A DNA stretch of 64,000 nucleotides from Alphaproteobacteria bacterium. GTDB taxonomy: Bacteria; Pseudomonadota; Alphaproteobacteria; MPNO01; UBA830. The stretch lies in contig OZ219790.1 in NCBI GenBank assembly GCA_964291215.2, forward strand, positions 1,824,001 to 1,888,000, written 5' to 3'. The position numbers and the translations under genes were made by a program. The notes under the pieces were generated by a model. The model was given only the letters and a program-made list of their open reading frames with translations, was not told the DNA's origin and made no database searches. This document shows positions 52,920-62,285 of the stretch, piece after piece; the stretch's first letter is position 1, and each line of letters opens with the position of its first letter.

Positions 52920-54401
52920 GTAACTGCTCACCCTCTGGTTCCGGCTTGATGTCGGGGTAGAGCAACGAACGGGTTTTCGTGGAGATTTGACACTGCAGGC
53001 CGATTCGTTCAGTGGTGGTCATCGAGAACGACGGGGACCGCCAGTGGGCTACTTTGGATCGAAGGCGACGAGCGGGCTGTGCCAGCTGCTTCCGGGGCTC
53101 CAGCCCCCGCATGATCTGTATGTGGAAACGCATCCGGGAGGCGGCGCGCTGATGAAGCGCGAGGCCGGGCGGGGGAGTACCGGAAGATGCCGCCGGGCGA
53201 GCGCCAGGCGATGCTCGCGGCGAGGCCGGGTGATGGCGACGGGCGGCGCGCGAGGAGTTCGAAGCGGCCAAGACCGCGGCGCTGCCGGCAAGGTGTCGGA
53301 AGAGGCCGTCATCCGCGTCCTCGTCATCCTGCTCGACATCCTCATCGTCGTCCTTCTGGAGAAGACCACGCACGAGCCGGAACTCCGGTCTGCCGCCGTC
53401 ACAGACGGACAAGGACGAGAGCGTGCCGGAAGCAACGGCAAGGGCCCGAAGCCGAACCGGCAGATGGGCGACAACCTGCCATCGTCGAGGAAACGGTCGC
53501 GGCCTGCGACGCCTGCGGCGCCGACGGCCCCGTCGAGCGCCGCACGACATCGTGTTCGAGGTCGCGCCGCGTCGACGCCGAGGAATGCCCGAAGTGTAAG
53601 GCCCGGTTCCCCGACAACATCCCGTGCAGTACGGCATCCAGGCCCTCGTCCCTGCTGGTCGCCCGGATGCTGTCCCTGCGCCGTCGCGCTCGTGCAGGCG
53701 ATCTCCGGCATCAAGCTCTCCGAGGCCTCGGCCATGCTTTCACGATGCGTCATGGGAGGAGGCCGCCGTGGCGCACCTCCTGCAACGCCCGATGTCGACG
53801 ATTTCGGATCAACAGCAAGTGGCTCCATGTCGTCGGGACGTGCAAGTTCCCGCACCGCAAGCAAGAGATCGGCCCGTGCTACAAGGGCGTCCTGGGCCTC
53901 GTACATGGCAGTGTAGCCACCAGCGGCAGCCACCTGCTGCGCGAACTGACCTTTGTCGTCGAGGCTGCCGCGCGACTGATGAAGAGCCTGCTCCGCGAGG
54001 TCTGCCACAAGGTCAACAAGAGCGCATCCAGGACCCTGAACGAGGCCGGGCGCTACCGCACCATCAGGGCGCCAGGGAACTGCCCGACATCCCGCCGAAA
54101 GGAAAACGCATCGCAAACGCGCACAACCTGCACGAACGTCTCGTGAAACACGAAAACCTGCGCTTCACAGACGACCCCGACGTCAGCTTCACCAACAATG
54201 CCGGAGAACAGAAGGTCAAGGTGTCCGGATGCTTCCGCTCCACGCAAAAGCATGGTGCCGGGGCTCAAGCTACCTCACCTCCATGGCCGCACTCGGCTAC
54301 AATCATCACGTCGCCACCCGGATCGCCCTCGACGGAAAAGTCGCAGACATCATCAACGAGCACTACGGCCAATCAGAACCCAACTAGGGGTGAGTAGATA
54401 C
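52920..54401 (+). mobile_element. IS66 family-1 copy E, 1482 bp
   Basis: Both termini present; perfect TSD GTCAAACG (52912-52919, 54402-54409). Confidence 0.95.
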
Positions 54402-54485
54402 GTCAAACGGACGAAAACAACAACACCTCACCGCACGAACGAACGCTTACCTTCGGTCAAACCATGCGTGGCTTGTCGGGGCCCC

Positions 54486-57400
54486 TCACCCGCCGTCGAG
54501 AATGTCCTTCAGCGTCTCGCAGGATGAGGCCGGCTCCACGCTGTCCGCGCACTCCGGGGCGATGAAGAGGGGGTTGCCGGGAGACCAGAGCTCCACGCTC
54601 CCGGCATTGTCCTCGAAATACTCCGGGTCCGTCGTCACCCGCAACTCTTCGGTCATGCCCGGCGCCAGCAACCCGTATTCGCGCCGCCCCATCGGCCGGA
54701 CCTCGACGCCCGGCGCCATGAGGCCGGGCGCTGCGACGATCCGGTCCAGATCCTCCATCGTCACGATCGGGGTCAGACACGTCAACATGGCGATATCGTC
54801 CTGCGTCACGGCGTCGATATCGAACCCTGCGCCCCGGGCGTCGTCCGCCTCGCGTTCGATCGCGGCGACGAGGCCGGCGCGTCCGCGCGCGTCCCGGCCC
54901 GAGAGCACGCCTTGCGATATCGCGCCGGGCAGCCGCGCCAGAATCGGCTGCAGGCGCCCGACCACGGTCTCGAACAGGCCGATGCGCTCGCGGAGCGCGC
55001 GGTAGATGTCGGTCTCGACCGTCCCCTTGCAGTGCAGATTGACGATGCGGACGGTCGCGTGCGCCTGGCCCAGCCGGTCGATGCGCCCGATGCGCTGCTC
55101 GACCCGCATGGGGTTCCACGGCATGTCGTAATTGACCGCAGCACCGCAGAACTGGAAGTTCAGGCCCTCGGCCGCGGCGTCGGTGCACAGCAGGATATCG
55201 ACTTGCCCTTCGCGGAACCGCTGTTTCGCATCGTCCCTGTTCATGCCGCACCATGCGCCGTCTGCTCCGGGCGCCTCTCCACCACGCCCGGAGAAGCACA
55301 GCAGCGTCCACTCGCCGTTCTCGAGGAGGGCGTCGCGCAGGAAATCCATGGTGTCGGTATATTGGGTGAAGACCATCGCCTGGCGGTAGCCGTCCCGGCG
55401 CAATTCGCGCAGGATGTCCTTCAGGCTGTCGAGCTTGCTGTCCGGCGGAAGCTGCCCGACCGCGCCGAGCAGGCGGTCGATTTCCGCAGCCTGTTCGAGG
55501 GCGAGGGCCCTGCGTTCGAGGCCCGCCGCATCGTCGGTGTCGGTGGCCTCTTCGGTTGTGTCGTCGTCCGGCAAATCCTCGTCGAGGCCGAAGAGGTTCG
55601 CGCGCACGTCGCCGGCGATGGCGTCGCGGCGCTTGCGCAGCGTCTCGCGCAGCGCCGCGAAGCTGCTGGCGAGCCGGCGGCGGTAGATCGTCATGACGAA
55701 CCCGACCGCCGTGCGTTCCTTCCCGCTCGCCCGGCCGTATGCCCCGGCAGTGTAGTCCTCGACCGCGTCGTAGAGCGCCCGCTCGCCGTCCGTCATGTCG
55801 AGAAAGCGGTCCTCGACCCGGCGCTCCGCGATCGGCGTCGTCATCGTCCCTTCCCGGAAGTAGCGCCGCAGCAGTTCGCGGGTGTTGCGCGAGATCAGCC
55901 TGCGCGCCGGGGCGCCGGCCCGCGCGAGCGCGACCGCGCCCCGGCGTTCGTCGTTCTCAAGCCGGCGGCGCGGAATGCCCGCTTCGTCGCGCAGCGCGCG
56001 CAGCGCCTTGCCGGCCTTAAGCCGGGAGAGGCCGGTCAGGCGTTCCGCCTCCGCTCTCCCGACCTCGCCATAGGCGCGCTCGGCCGCGCGGAACAGCGAC
56101 GCCATGCGCTCCATCGCCTCCGCCGAAGGGTTCGGCTGTTCGAGATCGTCGAAGAAGCCGAGAAACGCCCGTTCATGCCATTCCGGCGGCAAGCCGAGCA
56201 GGTCGAGCAGGTCGTGGACTTCGACGGGGTGCACCTGCATCGGCGTCGCCGTCAACAGGACCAGGCCTTTCGTGCGGTCCTTCAGGCCACGCATGAGCCG
56301 GAGCAGGGCGTTGGGACCGCCTCCCTGCTGGCTGCCGGGGGCGCGGCGCCGGGCGTGATGCGCCTCGTCGAGCACCACAAGGTCCCACGGCTCCGCCCTT
56401 TCCAGCAGCTCCGCCTGCCGCTCGCTCCGGCGCATCAATTGGCTGGAGGCGATCACGACCGGCTCGCGATGCCACTCCCCGCGCCCGGCGGCGCGCTCAT
56501 GGCGCCCCCGCAACGCCGGGGAGGGATGCCATGCCAGCTTGCCGCCGTCGTAGATCGGCCAGTTCAGGTTGAACTTCTCCCGCAACTCGACCTGCCACTG
56601 GCCGAGCACGGCCTTCGGCGCCAGGATCAGGATGCGCCTGGCCCGCCCCGCCAGCCATGCCTGGCGCAGCAGCAGCCCGGCCTGGACGGTCTTGCCCAGC
56701 CCCACCTCGTCGGCGATCAGCAGCCGGGGCGGCCAGTTGCCGTACAGGCGCTCGAATGCCCGCGCCTGATGCGGCCAGGGATCGACCGGCGCAGTCGCCT
56801 CGCCAACCCGTACGCCGCCGCCCGGCCGCGACGGGGCCTCCCGGATGAAGGCCCAGATCCGCGCGCGCAGCGTGCCAGCCGGCGGCGGGTCGGCGCCGTC
56901 ATCGGGCCGGAGGTCCGGGCGGCGCACGAGCAGCCTTGGCACCTCGTCCACCCGTTCCAGCCGCGCCGGCCGGCCCGTCTTCGGCATGAAGCGCATCAGG
57001 TCGCGGCGCGCCGCCTCCGGCACGTCCAGCACAATCGCGCGCTGCGCCCTGTCGGCCCAGAGGTTGGCGAAATTCGCCTCCTCCGCATCGACCCGCCCCG
57101 GCTCAGGTCCCCAGCTGGTATAGACGCTGATGCTCTCCCAATTGGCCTGCCAGCCGGCACCAGTCTCGTTGATGCTGCCGGTCCAGGCCAGCCGATCGCC
57201 GGCCAGGTCCTCGATGATCCCGGTCTTCTCGTGGAAAATACCGCTGTCGGCCACCGGCTCTCGTGCGGCATTGCAGGGCACGGCGACCCTGACTGTGAGA
57301 AACCCGCCCGCGACCATCCACGCCAGCAGTTCCAGCGCGCCTGCCGCCGCCGGGTCGGGCGGGGCCAGCGGCAGACATGCCAAGTGCCGCTCAACCAAAG

Positions 57401-57656
57401 CGCGGAGGTCGTCTCCCTGCCGGATCGCCCCGATCTCGTCCGACCCCAGCGTGCAGCCGACCACCAGCCGCATCCGGCCGTCATTGCGCACCAGCCCTTC
57501 GATGCCGCGCGCCGCCAGCGCCAGCGCCCCGGCGTTGAAATACCCGGTCAGCCGGTCGTAGCGCTCCGCGTCCTCAAGCGCGGGAACGTAGAACAGCCGG
57601 ACAAGGCCGCCGTCCTCGGGCGTGTATTTCAGGCGCCATGCGCGATCCCGCAGCAT
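54486..57656 (-). CDS. PLD-nuclease + SNF2 helicase (restriction-like system)
   Basis: HEKTGIIED..GSINET (HKD), ADEVGLGKT, DEAH, TATP, EQRIGRIDR. Confidence 0.93.
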   Translation of the reverse strand: MLRDRAWRLKYTPEDGGLVRLFYVPALEDAERYDRLTGYFNAGALALAARGIEGLVRNDGRMRLVVGCTLGSDEIGAIRQGDDLRALVERHLACLPLAPPDPAAAGALELLAWMVAGGFLTVRVAVPCNAAREPVADSGIFHEKTGIIEDLAGDRLAWTGSINETGAGWQANWESISVYTSWGPEPGRVDAEEANFANLWADRAQRAIVLDVPEAARRDLMRFMPKTGRPARLERVDEVPRLLVRRPDLRPDDGADPPPAGTLRARIWAFIREAPSRPGGGVRVGEATAPVDPWPHQARAFERLYGNWPPRLLIADEVGLGKTVQAGLLLRQAWLAGRARRILILAPKAVLGQWQVELREKFNLNWPIYDGGKLAWHPSPALRGRHERAAGRGEWHREPVVIASSQLMRRSERQAELLERAEPWDLVVLDEAHHARRRAPGSQQGGGPNALLRLMRGLKDRTKGLVLLTATPMQVHPVEVHDLLDLLGLPPEWHERAFLGFFDDLEQPNPSAEAMERMASLFRAAERAYGEVGRAEAERLTGLSRLKAGKALRALRDEAGIPRRRLENDERRGAVALARAGAPARRLISRNTRELLRRYFREGTMTTPIAERRVEDRFLDMTDGERALYDAVEDYTAGAYGRASGKERTAVGFVMTIYRRRLASSFAALRETLRKRRDAIAGDVRANLFGLDEDLPDDDTTEEATDTDDAAGLERRALALEQAAEIDRLLGAVGQLPPDSKLDSLKDILRELRRDGYRQAMVFTQYTDTMDFLRDALLENGEWTLLCFSGRGGEAPGADGAWCGMNRDDAKQRFREGQVDILLCTDAAAEGLNFQFCGAAVNYDMPWNPMRVEQRIGRIDRLGQAHATVRIVNLHCKGTVETDIYRALRERIGLFETVVGRLQPILARLPGAISQGVLSGRDARGRAGLVAAIEREADDARGAGFDIDAVTQDDIAMLTCLTPIVTMEDLDRIVAAPGLMAPGVEVRPMGRREYGLLAPGMTEELRVTTDPEYFEDNAGSVELWSPGNPLFIAPECADSVEPASSCETLKDILDGG

Positions 57657-57659
57657 GGG

Positions 57660-60578
57660 TCAGTGTTCGTCGTCGCGCCAGAGCCTGAGCTGTTCCGGCT
57701 CATCGACATGCTCGCCGTAGGCCAGCCGGCTCAGCTTGTAGAGCGCCTCGAAGTCGTTGCCCGAAGCCGCCGCCTCGCCTTCGAGGGCGATGCCCGTGAA
57801 CGCCCCGGACACCGGCAGCACCTCAAGCACAGCTTCAAGCGCCGCGAAGAAACGAGGGTTTCGGTCCATCCCCGCATCCGCGAGCAACTCCCGCGCGGCG
57901 TCCAGCGAGCGCAGGCGCGCCAGATTGGCGCCGTGGTGGATGACATCGATCATGCCGCGCGAACCGTCGGCGGGGCCGAGCGTTCCCTTGGCCGCCCGGC
58001 GCGCACTGTCCCACAGCAGGATGTCGCCGCCCTTCCTTTCGCCCAGCCGGCCCACGATGCCGCGGTCGAGGTCGGCACCCACGGCGCGGGCCAGCCGCAA
58101 CGCCTCGTCATAGGAGAACGCCGGCGCCTTGAAGGCGTCCCACGCCAGCACGAAGAAGGCGGTCGGGGCGTCAAGGTCGGAATCGGCCTTCATGTGCGTC
58201 AGCATCTCCAGCCGCCAGCGCTTGACCTCGCGGCGCGCGGCGTCGAGCGCGTCCTCCGGCGTCGCCGCGTACGGGTCCCACTCGAACGGTAGTTGCTGCC
58301 GCCGCTCCTCCGGCATCTCGCGCGGCGAGCCGCGCCTGAGCGGCCAGTGGCGCGAGAATGCCTCGAGCGCCGGGCCGAAGCAGGCCAGATAGAGATCCAC
58401 CCCGGCGATCCCCGCCTCCTGGAACTCACCGATCCGCCGCCGGACGGCCTGCGCCACCTGCGGCTCCACATCCTCCCAGTAGAGGCCCTGCTCCGTGTCG
58501 GCGTCCTTCGCGCGCGGGCGGCAGGCCAGGAAAACCGTGCTGTTCGCCGCCGCCTTGTCCCGGATATGCAGGCTGCCCTCGGCTTCCGTGTTGACCGGCC
58601 AGGACGCGGTGATCGTGAACCCCGCTTCCATCAGGCCCGCGGCAAGCGCGTCCCACGCCCCTGTCGCCTTGTGCGTGAACATCAGCGTCATGACGCCGTC
58701 GGGCTTCAGCACCCGCCGGCATTCGGCGAAGATCGACGCCATGCGCTCCCGGTAGTCGCGGCCCGCCAACGCCTTCGCCCCCTTCTCGCCCCGAAAACGC
58801 GCCGGGTTCGCCACCGCCTCGTTCTCCTTGTCGGTCAGGACGCGCCGAAACAGGTCCGGAAACACATGCCCGGCGGTGCGCTTCAGCCAGACATAGAAGA
58901 AGTCCGAGAGTTCCGCATACATGACGTTGTCGTAATAGGGCGGGTCCATGACCACCGCGTCGATGCTGCCGTCCGCGACATGGTCGAGGCTGTCGCCCGA
59001 CTTGCAGGTGACGGTGACCGGCGGAGGTGTATGTTCGACGGCGAACAGACTGCCATCGCCGCCGGCTTGCGGACGGACAAGCGACACGAGTTCCTTGATG
59101 CACTTGGCGGTCTGGCCGATGGCCCAGTCGTAACCCACACCAGCGACGAGAGGGGCCATTTCGGCGTAGGACCACTTGAACGAGAAGTCGTGACGGTCGA
59201 ATGCTCCCAACAACACCTCTCGGTTGGCGTGCCAGCGGGTCATCCGCGCGTTGTAGTTCAGGAGCTTGTCGAGCGAGAGCGCCAGGTACCCGTATGCCGC
59301 TTGGCGGATGTCGGTCAGCCGGCCGGCCTCGCGGTCAGCCTCCAGCATCTCCCGGAAGACCTCGACGCTCGTGCCGTGGCACAGAAGCTGCCGGGGCGAA
59401 AACAGGTCGCGCCAGTACGGCATCCCGTATTGTATCGGCCGGTCATCATTGCTGACCTCGGGGAACCGCTCGCCGGGGATGATGTCAAACGCCTCCCATT
59501 CGGGGAGTTTCTCGTCGAGGAGCGCCGCAATCTCGGCACCATTGTCGTCCTCCGGCTGCGGTGCCCGGTAGCCGCGCACCCACCGGTCCTGGCCCCGCCT
59601 GCCGGACTTCAGTATCTTGCCCGGTACGCGCTGCTTGTAGACCACCGCGTAGAGCTGCTCGCCCATGGCCCCGGCCCGTGCCTGGCGCTTGATCTCGTCG
59701 CCGTCGATGACGCGCCCGCAGTCCGCATACGGGCAGGCCCCCGCCCCGCGCGATACCGTGCCCGACGACTGGTCCCGCGCATCGCCCACGATCTCGAACG
59801 AGCAGACCCGGCCAGCCGGCCCCGCGCCCGTCTCCGGCTTCAGCCGGACCCCGGTGCCGTCCGGCGCCAGCCGCCAATTCGGAGACAAAGGCACCAGACC
59901 CGCGCAATACGGACACGTGATCGTCCGAGCCCAGAGGAAATTGGTCGATACGGCATCCGGATCAGACTCGTCGGGATAGTACGTCGCGAGCCGCTCCTCC
60001 CTCTCGACGACCAACCGCTCCGACAGTTCGGCAAATTCACATCCGAGGTCAGCGCCGTATCGCGATGGCCACTCTACCGTCGCCCGCATGATCAGGGCGG
60101 CGACCGGATTCAAATCGTTCGCGACCGCCGTGGCGCCAAGACGGGCTGCCTCAAAGGGAATGCTGCCCCCGCCTGCGGTCGGATCAAGCACCGCGAGGTT
60201 CTCCGGCGGCTCTCCAAAAGCGGCCGTCATCCACCCGACATCATTCTCATCGGGAACGTAACCGAATGCCCGCGGGTAGCTGTATGCCTGGCCTTCGAAC
60301 CGCTCGCCGCGCCGCCGCGCAGCATTGATCCTTCGGCGCGTGGCCACCGGGTCGCCATGAATGCCCAGCACATGAAGGAACCTGTCACGGTCCGCATCCG
60401 CCGGCAGCAGCGACGCCAGAACGGCCGCACGCGATGCAACCAATGGCCGACGCGCCCACCAGACATGCAGACGGTTCGGCGCCGGAAACGGCGTCATCGG
60501 CGTCCGCTCCCGCACACTCTCGATCCCAAGCGCCGCAATCGGAAGCCAACGCTCAATCAGACGGACATCTTCCCCCAT
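57660..60578 (-). CDS. DUF1156 adenine-specific DNA methyltransferase (972 aa)
   Basis: LHVWWARRPL, DPTAGGGSIP, CxxC insert, DPPY. Confidence 0.93.
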   Translation of the reverse strand: MGEDVRLIERWLPIAALGIESVRERTPMTPFPAPNRLHVWWARRPLVASRAAVLASLLPADADRDRFLHVLGIHGDPVATRRRINAARRRGERFEGQAYSYPRAFGYVPDENDVGWMTAAFGEPPENLAVLDPTAGGGSIPFEAARLGATAVANDLNPVAALIMRATVEWPSRYGADLGCEFAELSERLVVEREERLATYYPDESDPDAVSTNFLWARTITCPYCAGLVPLSPNWRLAPDGTGVRLKPETGAGPAGRVCSFEIVGDARDQSSGTVSRGAGACPYADCGRVIDGDEIKRQARAGAMGEQLYAVVYKQRVPGKILKSGRRGQDRWVRGYRAPQPEDDNGAEIAALLDEKLPEWEAFDIIPGERFPEVSNDDRPIQYGMPYWRDLFSPRQLLCHGTSVEVFREMLEADREAGRLTDIRQAAYGYLALSLDKLLNYNARMTRWHANREVLLGAFDRHDFSFKWSYAEMAPLVAGVGYDWAIGQTAKCIKELVSLVRPQAGGDGSLFAVEHTPPPVTVTCKSGDSLDHVADGSIDAVVMDPPYYDNVMYAELSDFFYVWLKRTAGHVFPDLFRRVLTDKENEAVANPARFRGEKGAKALAGRDYRERMASIFAECRRVLKPDGVMTLMFTHKATGAWDALAAGLMEAGFTITASWPVNTEAEGSLHIRDKAAANSTVFLACRPRAKDADTEQGLYWEDVEPQVAQAVRRRIGEFQEAGIAGVDLYLACFGPALEAFSRHWPLRRGSPREMPEERRQQLPFEWDPYAATPEDALDAARREVKRWRLEMLTHMKADSDLDAPTAFFVLAWDAFKAPAFSYDEALRLARAVGADLDRGIVGRLGERKGGDILLWDSARRAAKGTLGPADGSRGMIDVIHHGANLARLRSLDAARELLADAGMDRNPRFFAALEAVLEVLPVSGAFTGIALEGEAAASGNDFEALYKLSRLAYGEHVDEPEQLRLWRDDEH

Positions 60579-60585
60579 CGGCGCG

Positions 60586-61665
60586 CTACGCTGCAAAGTC
60601 CTTGAGAGGACAGGCATCGCCGAACGCCTCAACCGCCCATGGACTGTCCGAAGTGATGGGACGCCGCAAGCGCACCATGCCCCGCTTGCCCGCCAGACGG
60701 CGAAACTGTACGCCGCTTTCGCGCAGGGTCTTTTCCACCGCCGCGTTCCTGTGCCTTGGCCTGGCCAGCCCCGGCAAACCCCTGTTCGTAATCCAGGCCT
60801 TCGGCGTCGCTGCCAAGATGCGCTCGACATCGCGCCCGGTTGGCAGGGTGCCGCGGCCGCGGCGCCAAGGCGTGAGGATCGCCACGGGTTCCCATTCGAG
60901 CATTTGATCCCACACCGCAGGGTCGTCCGCATTTTCAGAGCCGTGATGCGGGACCTTGAACACCGAAGCCCTGCCTGCCGGCCGCACCGCGTCCGCCAGT
61001 ATCGCGGTCCAGCCTTGCCGCTCCAGGTCGGCACCAAGAAGAACCGGGCGCCCGCCACACTCAACCCATAGTGCAACAGAGGCCTCGTTCGGAGAAAGGT
61101 CAGGAAGCCGCGTCTTGTTCGCGCCTCGACCAGGCATCAGGCGCTCCACGGATTTCAGGAAGCGCTGGAAGATCTCGTCGTCCGGCCACAGAGCCGTAAT
61201 GGCGCCTGCCTTTCCTCGAAACACAACACGGTTGGCGAGCGCATAGGTCGGCTTTCTCCCCGTTGCCTCCAATCGGGAAAACACCTCGTATATTTCGCGC
61301 AACCCGGAACCGGAGGCGGAAAAAGGCCGACCCTCCAACGTGCCCGCCAGCGTCAGAAACTCCTTCCGGCACAGGGCGCCCGCGCAACAGAAGCCCGCCG
61401 CAGGACACAATTCGAGAAGGCGCGCGATCCCGCCTATGTGGTCGTCGTGCCAATGCGTCGCCACGACCAGTGCGACGACTGCCGGATTGACGCCGATCCC
61501 TTTCAGATATCGTTCCGCAGCTGGCCGCCCATCGGAATCGGCGAAGGAGTCGACAATGATCCATTGGCCGGCGCCGACATGCATGACAATGCTCTCGCCA
61601 TAGCCGAGGCCAAGGAGCGTCAGTTCGAACTCGCTTTCTGCCGGCCTCGTTTCCGCCTCGCTCAC
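60586..61665 (-). CDS. ComEC-like MBL-fold hydrolase/nuclease
   Basis: GYGES, THWHDDH, LLGADLE, KVPHHGS; GTGA overlap. Confidence 0.88.
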   Translation of the reverse strand: MSEAETRPAESEFELTLLGLGYGESIVMHVGAGQWIIVDSFADSDGRPAAERYLKGIGVNPAVVALVVATHWHDDHIGGIARLLELCPAAGFCCAGALCRKEFLTLAGTLEGRPFSASGSGLREIYEVFSRLEATGRKPTYALANRVVFRGKAGAITALWPDDEIFQRFLKSVERLMPGRGANKTRLPDLSPNEASVALWVECGGRPVLLGADLERQGWTAILADAVRPAGRASVFKVPHHGSENADDPAVWDQMLEWEPVAILTPWRRGRGTLPTGRDVERILAATPKAWITNRGLPGLARPRHRNAAVEKTLRESGVQFRRLAGKRGMVRLRRPITSDSPWAVEAFGDACPLKDFAA

Positions 61666-62285
61666 GAGCCGAGAGCCGACGCAACCTTGCGGGCCCATGC
61701 CGCGCCGTGCGCAAGGTCGTTCGCGGTCATTCTGGGCAGGTCCCGGAAGACAATCTGCGAAACCCGCTTGCGTGTTCCCTCGGGAGAGCGTTCGTAGCCG
61801 ATCACCCAGCGGAAGATGCTGCCGACGGCCATGCAGGAGGCGTCGTGTTCGGAGATTTCGGCCATGGGAATGACCGCCTCTTCGCTCTCGTGAGAATGTC
61901 CCGCCGTCAGGTCGACGAGTTGCGCGACGAACTCATCGGCATCGATTCGGGCAACATGCCCCTCCCATTCCTGCAACGCATGGAATGTGGCAGTGCGGGG
62001 CCGGGGGGCCGGTGGCGGCGGAAAATCCACGACCGGAACAGTCCGGCTGCAGCTTCGCGTGTGATCGAGAAGCGAATCCGGCCGCATCCCGGTTTCGCCA
62101 CCCGGCATATCCTGTTCCGTCTTGCGCTTCGCGGACGCCAACACTCGATTTACCGCTGCATCCATATCCACTACCTGGACCGGGGTCGCAAGCGACGCAT
62201 ATTGAGATATCCCGGCTGAAATCCCGTCACCGTCAGTTAGCGGGTTGAAGTTCCGGGCCGCCGTGGAACTGTTGGCCTGCATCAT
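61662..62285 (-). CDS. Hypothetical protein: low-complexity N-half, compact beta-rich C-terminal domain
   Basis: LQEWEG..FVAQLVDL..GSIFRWVIGY..FRDLP; ATGA overlap. Confidence 0.75.
   Translation of the reverse strand: MMQANSSTAARNFNPLTDGDGISAGISQYASLATPVQVVDMDAAVNRVLASAKRKTEQDMPGGETGMRPDSLLDHTRSCSRTVPVVDFPPPPAPRPRTATFHALQEWEGHVARIDADEFVAQLVDLTAGHSHESEEAVIPMAEISEHDASCMAVGSIFRWVIGYERSPEGTRKRVSQIVFRDLPRMTANDLAHGAAWARKVASALGS

Larger units (their letters stand above)
50759..54450 (+). mobile_element. IS66 family-2 element, degenerate, with DUF4338-like passenger remnant and nested copy E
   Basis: Perfect 23-bp TIR GTAAGCGTTCGTTCGTGCGGTGA; CDRYGACK, AHCWRDF, MDNNFGERAVRGP fragments. Confidence 0.9.

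Noticed and set aside
54912-60605. Long plus-strand ORFs (1126 aa, 770 aa)
   Set aside because: Antisense shadows of the GC-rich helicase and methylase genes; no motifs
60579-61076. N-terminal extension of the methylase in the ORF track
   Set aside because: Overlaps the MBL gene; the family-like sequence starts at MGEDVRLIE (60578)
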